Assembly (NCBI GenBank): GCA_963749655.1
Contig: CAVVOB010000024.1
Span: 96,001 to 160,000, forward strand
DNA length: 64,000 bases
Direction of reading: 5' to 3'
From: Nitrospirota bacterium
GTDB lineage: Bacteria > Nitrospirota > UBA9217
Shown here: positions 19,587 to 29,765 of the stretch, piece by piece
Layout: every line of letters starts with the position of its first letter
Position numbering within the stretch: the stretch's first letter is position 1
Notes under the pieces: generated by a model
What the model was told of the DNA's origin: nothing
What the model saw: the letters and a program-made list of their open reading frames with translations, nothing else
Databases searched by the model: none
Translations under genes and position numbers: made by a program

Positions 19587-20450
19587 TCATCCTCCGATGT
19601 CCCGATGTTTCACATTGACTTCATAGCCGCTCTGCCGAAGACGTCCCGCGACGAGGAGCGCAAGGGCCACGGACCGGTGCCTGCCGCCGGTACAACCGAG
19701 TCCGATCGTCAGATAGCTCTTGCCCTCAAGGCGGTACCGCGGCAGCAGATACTCGAGGAAGTCCGACAGACGGGAAAGAAACTCCGCGGCATCGGATCTC
19801 CCCATGATGTAATCGCTCACCCGTGGGTCTTCTCCGGTCAGCGGACGAAGCTCGGGGACGAAATGCGGATTCGGCAAAAATCGAAGATCGAACAGCAGGT
19901 CGAGATCGTAAGGCACGCCGAATTTATATCCGAAGGTCACCAGGGTGATGACCATGGGGCGTCCTGCGTTCCGCTGCGCATAGTGGCGTTCCACGGCTTG
20001 GCGCAGATCATGGACCGTATAATCAGAGGTGTCTATGATCCGGTCGGCGAGCGTCTTGACCTCGCTGAGAGCCGCCCGTTCACGTCGTATGCCTTCGACA
20101 AGCGGCGTTGTCCCGCGGGAAAGCGGATGCGGTCTCCTCGTCTCACTGAAGCGTCTGACAATGGTCTGGTCCGATGCGTCCAGAAAAAGCAATTCGATCA
20201 TGCTGCCGTCGGACTTCAGTTCTTTATAGAGAGCGGGAAATTGTTCCGGGAATCCCTTCTCACGGATATCGATGCCGATGGCCGACAAAAAGGCCTCGTC
20301 TGACTGACGGGCGAATTCGAGAAATGCGGGGAGCAGTGAAAGCGGCAGATTGTCGACGCAATAAAAGCCTATATCCTCGAAGGCTTTAAGCGCGGCGCTC
20401 CTGCCGGAGCCCGACAGCCCCGTGACCACCACCATGCGGGCGCTGCTCAT
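19587..20450 (-). CDS. rapZ: RNase adapter RapZ (YvcJ/YhbJ P-loop protein)
   Basis: VTGLSGSG, FYCVDNLP, RRFSETRRPHP and GCTGGRHRSV motifs. Confidence 0.95.
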   Translation of the reverse strand: MSSARMVVVTGLSGSGRSAALKAFEDIGFYCVDNLPLSLLPAFLEFARQSDEAFLSAIGIDIREKGFPEQFPALYKELKSDGSMIELLFLDASDQTIVRRFSETRRPHPLSRGTTPLVEGIRRERAALSEVKTLADRIIDTSDYTVHDLRQAVERHYAQRNAGRPMVITLVTFGYKFGVPYDLDLLFDLRFLPNPHFVPELRPLTGEDPRVSDYIMGRSDAAEFLSRLSDFLEYLLPRYRLEGKSYLTIGLGCTGGRHRSVALALLVAGRLRQSGYEVNVKHRDIGG

Positions 20451-21292
20451 CCTGTCAACCTCTTCCGGAGTTTTCTGTTCAATTCGCGGGCGGTAAAAAT
20501 GCCGCGGTTCTTGAGCATCTGATTTCTCGCCGCCACTTCGATCAGGGTCGCCATGGTCCGGCCCGGTTTGACCGGCAGTTTCAAATAGGGGATATTCACG
20601 CCGAGCAGGCGATAACGCCGCTCCCGAAGACCGACCAGGCTGTACTGGTGGCCCTTCTGCCACTCCTCCAGCTCCACAACCAGGCCGATCCGGGAAGCAT
20701 TGATCGTGGCCGATTCACCATAAAGGGCTCGCACATCGATGATGCCGAGTCCACGGATCTGGAGCAGATCAGCGCCCAGTTCTGTCGGACTGCCGTTGAT
20801 TTCGTCTCCGATGCGCTCTATGATGACCGTATCATCAGCAGCCAGCTTATGGCCCCGAAGCACAAGGTCGAGGGCTGCTTCGCTCTTGCCGACCGCGCTT
20901 TCACCGATGATCAGGGTGCCCAGACCGAAGATCTCGACCAGTACGCCGTGGAGGCTCATGCGCGGCGATAATAGCGATACGAGAAGACGATTAAGGCGGG
21001 GCAGTTCTCCGGTCTTCAGCAGGGGAATTCGGGAGGACGCCGACTCCCGAAGAAGTTCTTCGCAAGCCTTCCCTCCGCTGAGCACAATACACGCTGGTTT
21101 CTGCCGCATGAGGGATCGGGCTGTCCGTAACCGGTCACGAGAAGGAAGCGCACAGAGTGCTGCCACCTGGCTCGGCCGGAGGTGCAGCACGCGCGATTCT
21201 CCGCCCTTCCCTGCGCCGAGAGCGCTCAGCTCCGGCGAATAGATCTGCGGAGAGGAAACCGTTCTCGTCAGGCCCGCGCGTCCCGCCAGCAC
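20447..21292 (-). CDS. hprK: HPr kinase/phosphorylase
   Basis: LHGVLVEIFG, GESAVGKSE, ADD and IRGLGII motifs. Confidence 0.9.
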   Translation of the reverse strand: MLAGRAGLTRTVSSPQIYSPELSALGAGKGGESRVLHLRPSQVAALCALPSRDRLRTARSLMRQKPACIVLSGGKACEELLRESASSRIPLLKTGELPRLNRLLVSLLSPRMSLHGVLVEIFGLGTLIIGESAVGKSEAALDLVLRGHKLAADDTVIIERIGDEINGSPTELGADLLQIRGLGIIDVRALYGESATINASRIGLVVELEEWQKGHQYSLVGLRERRYRLLGVNIPYLKLPVKPGRTMATLIEVAARNQMLKNRGIFTARELNRKLRKRLTG

Positions 21293-21327
21293 CGATGCTG
21301 CCCCGGTCAGAGCCCTGACCGCTACTT

Positions 21328-21819
21328 TTACTTGCGCGTCAGCGGCTGGGGCTGCGGATATTTTTCGTCTTCCTCGTATATGAGCCTCTGGATTTCCTCG
21401 CGACGGGTTGCCTGCTTCAGGTTTTCCCGCAGTTCAGAATTTTTCAGTATCCGGGATATCCGCGCCAGCGCCTTGAGATGATCCCCCGGCTTGTCCTCGG
21501 GAGTGACGAGCAGAAAAAAAAGATGCACTGGTTGTTTGTCAAGAGATTGATATTCGATTCCGCGGACCGACCTGCCGAACGCAACAATCATACCGTCGAG
21601 TGCGGACAGTTTGCCGTGGGGGATGGCGACGCCGTTGCCGATCCCCGTGCTTCCAAGCGATTCACGCTCGGCCAGAACGTGAATAAGCTCTTCTTCATCC
21701 GTGATCCTTCCCGCTGACCTCAGAAACCGCGCAAATTCCCGCAGCACGCCGGGCTTATCGGTCGCCTCGATCTCCTCGAGTATCAGGTCATCACGCAGCA
21801 GGTCCTTGATCGTGACCAT
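21328..21819 (-). CDS. ptsN: PTS IIA-Ntr-like protein
   Basis: RESLGSTGIGNGVAIPHGK and HLKALARISR; downstream of rpoN-hpf. Confidence 0.9.
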   Translation of the reverse strand: MVTIKDLLRDDLILEEIEATDKPGVLREFARFLRSAGRITDEEELIHVLAERESLGSTGIGNGVAIPHGKLSALDGMIVAFGRSVRGIEYQSLDKQPVHLFFLLVTPEDKPGDHLKALARISRILKNSELRENLKQATRREEIQRLIYEEDEKYPQPQPLTRK

Positions 21820-21833
21820 CTCGGAGCCCCATT

Positions 21834-22367
21834 CTACCGCGCCGGTTCTATGAGGCCGACATTTCCGTCACGCCTCTTGTAAATGACGCTCACCTGCCCG
21901 TTGCCGGCATTCGAAAAGATAAAAAACTGCTTGTCCAGAAGCTCCATTTGCATCACGGCCTCTTCGGGGAGCATCGGCTTGAGATCGAATCGCTTCGTCC
22001 TGATGATCTGGGGGATGCGGTCCTCCGGATGGGATGGTGCCGTTCCCGGAGTCGTTTCCGTTTTGCCGCTCTGGTGCTTATGATCCACCAGTTTTTCCTT
22101 GTAACGTCTCACCCTTCGTTCGATTTTCTCAATGAGAAGGTCTATTGCCGAATACATCTCCTCGGTCTCTTCCGATGCCTGGATCAGCAGTCCATTAGAC
22201 TTGATCGTCGCTTCCGCTATATGGTGAACTTTCTTGACTACCGATATGGTAATGACCACCTGGGCGCCATTTGCAAGGTACTTGTCCAATCTGCTGAATT
22301 TGTCCGTTGCATACTGCCTGAGTGCTTCCGTAACTTCGATGTGCCTTCCATTTACGCTGACCAGCAT
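21834..22367 (-). CDS. hpf: Ribosome hibernation promoting factor (long HPF)
   Basis: GRHIEVTEALRQY, MYSAID, KPM..EEAVMQM and YKRRDGNVGLI. Confidence 0.93.
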   Translation of the reverse strand: MLVSVNGRHIEVTEALRQYATDKFSRLDKYLANGAQVVITISVVKKVHHIAEATIKSNGLLIQASEETEEMYSAIDLLIEKIERRVRRYKEKLVDHKHQSGKTETTPGTAPSHPEDRIPQIIRTKRFDLKPMLPEEAVMQMELLDKQFFIFSNAGNGQVSVIYKRRDGNVGLIEPAR

Positions 22368-22565
22368 ACCTACCTCCTCGTTGGGGAAAAATCCGTAATA
22401 CGACATCATGCCCCCTGAAGCACGCAACGGGGACTTCGATTCTCATTCTGGCCGGTTTATCAAATTCGCATCTCTGTTCCGGATCGCCCTGCAAAAGAAC
22501 GGCATACTCCGAAATTTTCTTCACTCGTGCCAGCACCCTGCAGCCTGACTTTGGCATGATGAATG

Positions 22566-24032
22566 CTATCCGAGCCTTTTTCTCACGCTCGTCGGCGGTA
22601 TCCTGAGTTCCTCGCGGTATTTTGCCACGGTCCTGCGCGCAATATCGATACCACTCGCTTTCAGGGCATCCACAATCTGCTGGTCCTTCAGCGGTGACGC
22701 CGAATTTTCTTCTCTGATCATTTTCTGGATCGTGTCCTTGACGGTCAGAGAAGAAATCTCCGTTCCCGTTCCGGATGAGAATCCCGTTGTGAAGAAATAC
22801 TTCATCGGAAAAATGCCCTGGGGGGTGTGCATGAACTTATTGGTCGTGACGCGGCTGATCGTCGACTCGTGCATACCGATATCCTCGGCCACGTCCTTGA
22901 GGACCATAGGTTTGAGCTCGGTGATTCCTTTATCGAGGAAATCGCGTTGAAACTTAACAATGCTCTCCGCCACTTTATAGATGGTTCTGTTCCGCTGTTC
23001 CATGCCTTTGATGAGCCACTGAGCCGAACGGAGCCGCTCCTCCACGTACTCCTTGGTGACCTTGTCGATATTCTCCTTGCGGCTCAGTAGTTTCCGATAA
23101 TAGGGGTTGATGCGAACCTTCGGAAGTCCTTCATCGTTGAGCTGGATCACATATCGGTCCTCGATTTTAATCACGTATACGTCGGGAACTATGTAGTTCG
23201 TATCGGAGGGAAGATAGGGTCTGCCGGGCTTGGGTTCGAGTTCATGAATGATGAACTGCGAAGCCTCCATCACTTCCTGGATCGAGACGTTCAGCACCTT
23301 CGCGATATTGGCATATTTTCGTTTTTCCAGATCAGGCAGATGTGCTTCAACAATGTGTTCGACCAGGGATCCCTGAAGGTCCAGTTGCCGTACCTGGATC
23401 AGCAGGCACTCGCGGAGGTCCCGGGCCCCGACGCCGACGGGATCAAAGCTCTGAATAAGTTCGAGCGCCTGCGCCATGCTTGGCAGCGGGATCGCCGACT
23501 GGTGTGAAAGCTCATCGAGGGTGGCGCGCAGATAACCGTCATCATCCAGGTTGCCGATGATCCATTCCCCCCCCTTGACGAGGACGGCTTCCGATGAAGA
23601 AAGATGCAGTTGCCACAACAGGTAGTCGCTGAGCGAGGGAAGACGGGACAGCGTTTGGTCGTAGGAAGGAAGTTCCTTGTCGTCGGCTTCGGCGTATCCG
23701 TAATCCCGGCCGTCGCCCATTTCATTCAGATATTCATCCCATTGGGGGCCCAGTTCGAGATCGCTCTTCAGTTCTTCCGCCCGCTCCTGCTCAGGCGGCG
23801 CGTCCGAAACGGCTTCTCCCTGCCCGACCTCGGTGGAGGATGCCTCATCACCTTCAGGCGATTCATCCGCCGTCTCCGGCTGCAATTCTTCGAGGACCGG
23901 ATTTTCAATGAGCTCCTGAGAAACGGATTGAACCAGTTCAAGCCTCGACAGCTGCAACAGCTTGATCGCCTGCTGAAGCTGCGGCGTCATAATGAGTTTT
24001 TGAGATAATTTTAGTTCAAGCCTTGCTTCCAT
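22566..24032 (-). CDS. rpoN: RNA polymerase sigma-54 factor
   Basis: MTPQLQQAIKLLQ, HESTISRV and RpoN box ARRTVAKYRE. Confidence 0.97.
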   Translation of the reverse strand: MEARLELKLSQKLIMTPQLQQAIKLLQLSRLELVQSVSQELIENPVLEELQPETADESPEGDEASSTEVGQGEAVSDAPPEQERAEELKSDLELGPQWDEYLNEMGDGRDYGYAEADDKELPSYDQTLSRLPSLSDYLLWQLHLSSSEAVLVKGGEWIIGNLDDDGYLRATLDELSHQSAIPLPSMAQALELIQSFDPVGVGARDLRECLLIQVRQLDLQGSLVEHIVEAHLPDLEKRKYANIAKVLNVSIQEVMEASQFIIHELEPKPGRPYLPSDTNYIVPDVYVIKIEDRYVIQLNDEGLPKVRINPYYRKLLSRKENIDKVTKEYVEERLRSAQWLIKGMEQRNRTIYKVAESIVKFQRDFLDKGITELKPMVLKDVAEDIGMHESTISRVTTNKFMHTPQGIFPMKYFFTTGFSSGTGTEISSLTVKDTIQKMIREENSASPLKDQQIVDALKASGIDIARRTVAKYREELRIPPTSVRKRLG

Positions 24033-24129
24033 AGGCACCACTGAAAAAATGACTTTTCTGAATAAGCGCTAACTTCCGCAACGTCCATGAAGAATGTGGC
24101 AAACGGACAATGGTGCTCCGCTTCTTTCA

Positions 24130-24852
24130 TTATAACCGAAATGCCTCACCCAGGTAAAATTGTCTTACACGCGGACTAGCCGTAATTTCCGCGGCGGTCC
24201 CCGCCTCGATGATCTTCCCGTCGCTGATTATGTATGCTCGGTCAGTGATAGCGAGCGTTTCACGGACATTGTGATCGGTGATGAGAATGCCGATCCCCTT
24301 GCTTTTCAACAGGGAGATGATCCCCTGAATATCCTGCACTGCGAGGGGGTCTATGCCGGCAAAAGGCTCATCCAGAAGGATGAATTTGGGAGACAGAGTA
24401 AGCGCGCGTGCAATCTCAACCCGCCGCCGTTCGCCCCCGGACAGGGTATAGGCCATGCTGTCCGAAAGATGGGCTATGCCCAACTCCTCCATCAGCCGGT
24501 CCCGGCGCTCTTTTCGTTCCGCCGAGGAAAGGGACATCGTCTCAAGGACGGCCATGAGATTCTCAGCTACCGTCAGTTTTCTGAAGACCGACGGCTCCTG
24601 CGGGAGATATCCGATACCGCTCTTAGCCCGTTGATACATCGGCATTTTCGTGATATCGGTACCGTCCAGGCTCACCCTCCCCTGGTCCGGTCGGATGAGG
24701 CCGACCACCATATAAAAGGTAGTGGTCTTGCCTGCGCCGTTCGGGCCGAGCAATCCGACGACTTCTCCGTGTTTGACCTGCAGGCTTACCCCCCGGACGA
24801 TCTTCCGCCCACGGTAGCTTTTTTCCAGTTTTTTGGCCTCAAGCGCCTCCAT
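24130..24852 (-). CDS. lptB: LPS export ABC transporter ATPase
   Basis: [28 protein letters not shown] and [10 protein letters not shown]. Confidence 0.96.
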   Translation of the reverse strand: MEALEAKKLEKSYRGRKIVRGVSLQVKHGEVVGLLGPNGAGKTTTFYMVVGLIRPDQGRVSLDGTDITKMPMYQRAKSGIGYLPQEPSVFRKLTVAENLMAVLETMSLSSAERKERRDRLMEELGIAHLSDSMAYTLSGGERRRVEIARALTLSPKFILLDEPFAGIDPLAVQDIQGIISLLKSKGIGILITDHNVRETLAITDRAYIISDGKIIEAGTAAEITASPRVRQFYLGEAFRL

Positions 24853-24864
24853 GCATTCCTTTTC

Positions 24865-25392
24865 CTACTGCTGCTTCCGGCTCTGCGGCACGTTGCTTGG
24901 TTTTTCCTGATAGAGCAGCACTTTCCCGCCCTCTACAATGCTGCGATCGTCCCGCATGAACAGGGTAATTTTCTCTCCTCCGAGTTGGCTGTCATTCTCA
25001 ATGATGCGGGCGTCACCGGTGAGGACGATTTTTTCCTCATTGCTGAAATAGGATGCCTGGTTCGAAAGGGCGACTCTGCCCTCCTTGCGTACGACGACGT
25101 TTCCCCGGGCATCTATTTCCCTGATGTTCTTGGAACCACTGTCGTAATACACGACCATCGTATCCGAAGTCAGCGTCATGCCCTCTTTCTTGAGTACAAC
25201 ATTGCCGGTAAACGTCACCTTATCTCCGAGTTTTTCAGCCTCCATCCGGTTCGAGGTCACCACGATGGGCTCCCGCTCGGCTGTATCCGTCTTCTGCAAA
25301 GCACCGGATAAGCCGGTGCCGGGCACAACGGAAACGAGGAGCACGGCGACTGCCGCTGAGAAGAGACTATTCCTGAAGTACTGCTTTGACAT
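24865..25392 (-). CDS. lptA: LPS transport periplasmic protein LptA
   Basis: Signal peptide and OstA-like beta-jellyroll pattern (FTGNV, ARGNV, LTGDA); synteny with lptB. Confidence 0.88.
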   Translation of the reverse strand: MSKQYFRNSLFSAAVAVLLVSVVPGTGLSGALQKTDTAEREPIVVTSNRMEAEKLGDKVTFTGNVVLKKEGMTLTSDTMVVYYDSGSKNIREIDARGNVVVRKEGRVALSNQASYFSNEEKIVLTGDARIIENDSQLGGEKITLFMRDDRSIVEGGKVLLYQEKPSNVPQSRKQQ

Positions 25393-25930
25393 TGTCCTTC
25401 ACCACGATCGAACGCATGTCGACGTTCGCGGTAAAGCCGACCCCTTCGAGATAGATTTCACTGCCGAGCATCTTGAACGGATTCAAAGTCCATACGATCC
25501 GTTCACCGGCCTTCCAGTTCAGCGCATCGGTAGTCAATACATAGCCGTCGCTCGTCACGACCCGGACATCCCGATTGTCCCGTCGCAGGGTCGCATTCCC
25601 CGTAATGGTATCCATGACGCCAAAATCGCCGGTAAGAACGGCTTCCTTGTTCTCCGGATTGCTGAATATGATCTCGAGTTCTTTGAGCCGGGCTTCCTTG
25701 TTTTCAAAAAGGTCCGCGTTCCTCGCATTCATGCGCCATGTAACTCTTCCCTTTTCGGACTGCGCAATCCTGAATCCGTCCATATCCATGAGCAGTCGCG
25801 TACCGGAAGGAGATGGGAACAGAGATGGCATGGAGATATCCGACTCCTGAACAAGCAGATATCCGCCATAGATGCTTGCACCGAGGAGAAGGAACACCGT
25901 GAGGATCTTGAAAACCCTTTTGATCACCAT
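25367..25930 (-). CDS. lptC: LPS export protein LptC
   Basis: N-terminal TM, LTTDALNW motif, beta-rich; upstream of lptA-lptB. Confidence 0.85.
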   Translation of the reverse strand: MVIKRVFKILTVFLLLGASIYGGYLLVQESDISMPSLFPSPSGTRLLMDMDGFRIAQSEKGRVTWRMNARNADLFENKEARLKELEIIFSNPENKEAVLTGDFGVMDTITGNATLRRDNRDVRVVTSDGYVLTTDALNWKAGERIVWTLNPFKMLGSEIYLEGVGFTANVDMRSIVVKDNVKAVLQE

Positions 25931-26042
25931 CACACTCACAAGAGCATATGGCGGCCGATCGGCCGCCATATGCATAATGTATACCACAGGTCGCAATATC
26001 TGTAAAGGTAAAAAAGGGAAACTGCCCTGGTGAGCAGGAATG

Positions 26043-27296
26043 TTACCTTTTTTCTTCCAACCGTGCCCGAAGTGCGGACAATTCCTTCTCTTTGTCCACA
26101 AGCAGCCGTTCAAGTCGCACCTGGACAGATACGTCGCGAACGACTGACTGGATGAATCGCTTGCCCATAAGTGTCAATTTGACGGCACTGATCGCTACCG
26201 GAACAATGGTCCCGTCAGCCTGCCTCAGGTCCCCGTGCCGGAGCGCTTGATTCCCCTGCTTGATTTCCGAAAGAATACCCCGCGGTTCCGAAGGATCGAC
26301 AAAAAGCTCGAACAGGTTCTTGTGCAAAAGGTCGTACTTTGGGAATCCGGACAACCGGGCCGCCTGTTCATTTGCAAAGACGACGTCACCGTTTTCCGCC
26401 AGGAGAAAAATGGATTCACAGGCATTTTCAACGAGAGTACGATACCGCTCTTCCGACGCACGGAATTCCTCGGTCTTCTCTGCGACCCACTGCTCCAGCT
26501 CCATATTCATCTTCCGCAGCTCGGTCTGCATCTGTTCATTCTGAATAGTCGTCGAAAGAATACCCGAAAGTGTCGTGAAGAAATTGATCTCCTCATCGGA
26601 AAATTCCTTCGCTTTCCGGTAAAAAACCTCCATGACCCCGACGAGAGCGCCGTTGGAATAGACATAGAGGGGGAGACAATAGATGGACAAATAGTCGGTG
26701 CCCCCGAGCCCCGGCATCTCTTTATATCGCGGATCGGCACGATAGTCCTTCAGCATGACCGGTTCAAGCCGCCTTCCGACCCATCCTTCAATCCCCTCCC
26801 CGAGGGGAATGCGGACATTCCCGATTGAATTCTTCTGGATCTCGTTGGTTGCCGAAAGAACCAGATCGTCCTTCTTCCTGTCATAGAGATAAATGAAGCA
26901 CGCCTCTGCTTCCATGACCCGTGCTGTAATATCAGCAACATCCATGAGACGATCGGCGAACAGGCGCGGAGAATTGGCTGCATAGTTGACGTCGTAGACT
27001 CCGAGAAACTTGATGAACAGATCATCCTTGATGTCAAGCAGCTCTTCCTGCTTCAGGTGCAGTTCAAGGTTGGCGTCCTCAAGTCGACGGTACGAAGGAG
27101 CAATGACGTTCCGGTAAAGAAGATATGCAGTCAGCAACACGAGGACAGCGAGGCCGCACGACAGCAGGAAGGCAACAGGGTCGCCCTGTGCCATGAAGTG
27201 ACCCGTTATGACGCCCATGAAAATGGCGGCGCTCAGGACCAGCGCAATAAGGAATATGATAAGACTTTTTCTGTGTTCGAAACCGCCCTGCGGCAT
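26043..27296 (-). CDS. Membrane-anchored GAF-PAS sensor with no output domain
   Basis: Two TMs, coiled coil, GAF (GEGIEGWV, DPRY), S-helix-like EERYRTLVE, PAS ending VRDVS, then a short coiled coil. RBS AAGGAGG. Confidence 0.8.
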   Translation of the reverse strand: MPQGGFEHRKSLIIFLIALVLSAAIFMGVITGHFMAQGDPVAFLLSCGLAVLVLLTAYLLYRNVIAPSYRRLEDANLELHLKQEELLDIKDDLFIKFLGVYDVNYAANSPRLFADRLMDVADITARVMEAEACFIYLYDRKKDDLVLSATNEIQKNSIGNVRIPLGEGIEGWVGRRLEPVMLKDYRADPRYKEMPGLGGTDYLSIYCLPLYVYSNGALVGVMEVFYRKAKEFSDEEINFFTTLSGILSTTIQNEQMQTELRKMNMELEQWVAEKTEEFRASEERYRTLVENACESIFLLAENGDVVFANEQAARLSGFPKYDLLHKNLFELFVDPSEPRGILSEIKQGNQALRHGDLRQADGTIVPVAISAVKLTLMGKRFIQSVVRDVSVQVRLERLLVDKEKELSALRARLEEKR

Positions 27297-27336
27297 GCTC
27301 CCTCCTTTGTAAATCCGGCTTTTGACCGCCGGATGT

Positions 27337-28167
27337 TCATCCCTGCACCAGACGGACCAGCTCGTCCACCGCCTGGTCGATGTGTATGGGCAATTCAATG
27401 GACAATCCCCGTTTTCTCAGTTTGAGAAACAATTCCGTAAGAAGCGGCGGATCGATATTGGCGGCTCGCAAGGCATCGGCCTGCATGAAGATCTCGGCAG
27501 GCGTTCCTGCAGTGATAACGCCGTGCCCCGAGGACAGGACATAAACCCGGTCGGCGAATGCGGCAACCAGATTCAAATCATGTGTGGACATGATGATCGT
27601 CATGCCCTCACGATTGTATTTGTTCAAAAGAGTTACCAGTTCCCCCCGGGACCGGGAGTCAAGCCCCTCGAAAGGTTCATCGAGGATCAGCAGTTCGGGC
27701 CGCATGACGAGAGCCCCGGCCAGGGCAACCTTGCGCTTCTCCCCGCCTGAAAGGTAATGGCATATCTTGTCTCGGAGATGGGAGATGCCAAGTTCCTTCA
27801 TAACTTGTTCTACCATGTGCGCCGTTTTCTCCCTGCCATAACCATAGTTACGTGGCGTAAAGGAGATGTCTTCCCATACGGTGGGCGAAAGGATCTGCTC
27901 TTCAACATTCTGAAGAAGGACTCCGATGCGCTCACGCACATCGCCATAATGCGTCGCAGGATTTATGCCGAACACCCTGACCTGTCCCTCGTCCGGTTTA
28001 AGAAACCCGAGAATATGGTAGATAAGCGTGGTTTTACCCGAGCCATTCCCACCGAGGATGGCAATGCGCGCTCCGCGGTGAACCACAAAGTCGAGGCCGC
28101 AGATGTGGATCTCCGTGGTATCGGGGTAGATGTGCTTGAGGCAGCTTACGCTGATTATCGTTTCCAT
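27337..28167 (-). CDS. cbiO: ECF-type Co/Ni transporter ATPase
   Basis: GGNGSGKT, LSGGEKRKVALAG and LDEP; adjacent to cbiQ/cbiM. Confidence 0.88.
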   Translation of the reverse strand: METIISVSCLKHIYPDTTEIHICGLDFVVHRGARIAILGGNGSGKTTLIYHILGFLKPDEGQVRVFGINPATHYGDVRERIGVLLQNVEEQILSPTVWEDISFTPRNYGYGREKTAHMVEQVMKELGISHLRDKICHYLSGGEKRKVALAGALVMRPELLILDEPFEGLDSRSRGELVTLLNKYNREGMTIIMSTHDLNLVAAFADRVYVLSSGHGVITAGTPAEIFMQADALRAANIDPPLLTELFLKLRKRGLSIELPIHIDQAVDELVRLVQG

Positions 28168-28322
28168 AGTTCTGGATTTTCGCGCCGAATTCTGGACCAA
28201 GGCAATCGTGCCTGCCCCTGACGGCATCCTTTACGCCGGCACTCGGAGTGTACGAGTATTAACCGGCAGTGCACAATTGCATGGTCTTCTTTGAATGCTG
28301 AAGCAGGCGGCTCGCTCCGACC

Positions 28323-29030
28323 TCACTTCCATACAAGTACAAATAATAAGACCAATCCGCCGGCGCCGAGCGGGAGCCAGTCATGCCTGGTCAATCCCAG
28401 CCGTTCTTTCTCCGCCATGCTGCCGCTGTATCCGCGCACGGCCATAACGGCATAGAGACGCGAGGATCGCTCGACGGCCGCGACAAGAAGCATGGCGATG
28501 CCGCGGGGGATGTTGGCAATAGTCTTCATAATGCGACCCCGGGAAAGACCTGCGCGAAACCGCAGTGCCACAATAAAATTATTCATCATATCAAGGAGAA
28601 TAAAAAAACTCCGGTAAGTCATGAACAGGCCCGCGGCCGGGAGTTCCGGAAGAACGGAACTGGTAAGAGAGAAAAGTCTTGGATAAGGCGTACTCACGAT
28701 GAGCATGAGCACTGCCAGCGCCGGAGTGACCGCCTTGAAAATCACGAGTCCATATACGGTAAGACCGACTCCGCGCAGGCTGATACCGTAGAGCGCCGCG
28801 AATATGGCCGCGTAGAGAGACATCATCATGATGCGAAGTACCGGCAGTCGCGCAGCGGTGGTGACAATGAGGAGAATGCCATATCCCGCGACAAGGGCAG
28901 CTACATTGCGCGAAAGCACGGCGGCGGAAACGACAAGCGTTACAAAAATAACTTTGGCAAGAACGGAAGCGCGGTGGAAAGCACCGGATCCGCTCGCTGC
29001 CCAGTAATCTATGCGCGCGACGTCGATCAC
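28323..29030 (-). CDS. cbiQ: ECF transporter transmembrane T component
   Basis: Multiple TMs with the C-terminal AMAVRGY motif. Confidence 0.82.
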   Translation of the reverse strand: MIDVARIDYWAASGSGAFHRASVLAKVIFVTLVVSAAVLSRNVAALVAGYGILLIVTTAARLPVLRIMMMSLYAAIFAALYGISLRGVGLTVYGLVIFKAVTPALAVLMLIVSTPYPRLFSLTSSVLPELPAAGLFMTYRSFFILLDMMNNFIVALRFRAGLSRGRIMKTIANIPRGIAMLLVAAVERSSRLYAVMAVRGYSGSMAEKERLGLTRHDWLPLGAGGLVLLFVLVWK

Positions 29031-29734
29031 GGAGCCTCCCGTTCCCTCTTCGCAAGGTCAGCGTGCAGAGCATGCTGCAGGAGGTCGGGTTTTACCTGGG
29101 CTACGAACCGCACGACCGCGCCGGTAATCGCTGCTTCTATGATCCAGCCCAGGGAGCCGAGTCCGAGCGCCATGGCCGAAAATCTTCCCACGGAAATCGG
29201 ACCTCCCTGCTCGCCGGCTTCATGACCATGGTGGTCGAGAAAGGCCACCGGATGGGCATTCGAAACGGCTACAATGCCGATGAGGAGACCGGTAGTAATC
29301 AGGAGTGTGATGACGGTGGCCACCGCAGCCCGCCAGAACAGAGGTACCCTATTCCCCAGTAGTGAAAAAAAGGCGTGCCCGAGGACAGCTTCGGACCCAA
29401 GAAGCAGTGTATTCAGCCCAATGACGGTGATTCCGCCGTGTCCGATGAGCGCAAGCATAAAGTTTACTATAAAGGCGGCCACAAAGCCCAGTGCCGGACC
29501 GAGCAGAATGCCGGTAACCACCGTCAGGTTGATATGGTATGCAAGGGGCACAATTTCCAGGCTCATTGACACGAGCATGACCGCAGAGAGTGCTCCGAGG
29601 AGCGGAATCTGCCTCCTCTTATCCTCACCCTTGAGTCGATAGAGGCTGAAACCCATGATGAGCGCCATCATAAAAAAACCGAGCACCCAGAGCCAAACGG
29701 GCAACATGCCGTCCGGTATATGCATATGCGTCAT
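29027..29734 (-). CDS. cbiM: ECF Co/Ni substrate-binding component CbiM/NikM
   Basis: MHIPDG metal-binding N-terminus (Met at 29725) and HGGITVIGLN. Confidence 0.9.
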   Translation of the reverse strand: MTHMHIPDGMLPVWLWVLGFFMMALIMGFSLYRLKGEDKRRQIPLLGALSAVMLVSMSLEIVPLAYHINLTVVTGILLGPALGFVAAFIVNFMLALIGHGGITVIGLNTLLLGSEAVLGHAFFSLLGNRVPLFWRAAVATVITLLITTGLLIGIVAVSNAHPVAFLDHHGHEAGEQGGPISVGRFSAMALGLGSLGWIIEAAITGAVVRFVAQVKPDLLQHALHADLAKREREAP

Positions 29735-29765
29735 AAGTCGCGAACCCCGCCATGGAATCGTTCGT

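Noticed and set aside
22490-22535. Possible sigma-54 promoter before hpf (TGGCACG on the minus strand)
   Set aside because: No TTGC at the required distance from the GG.
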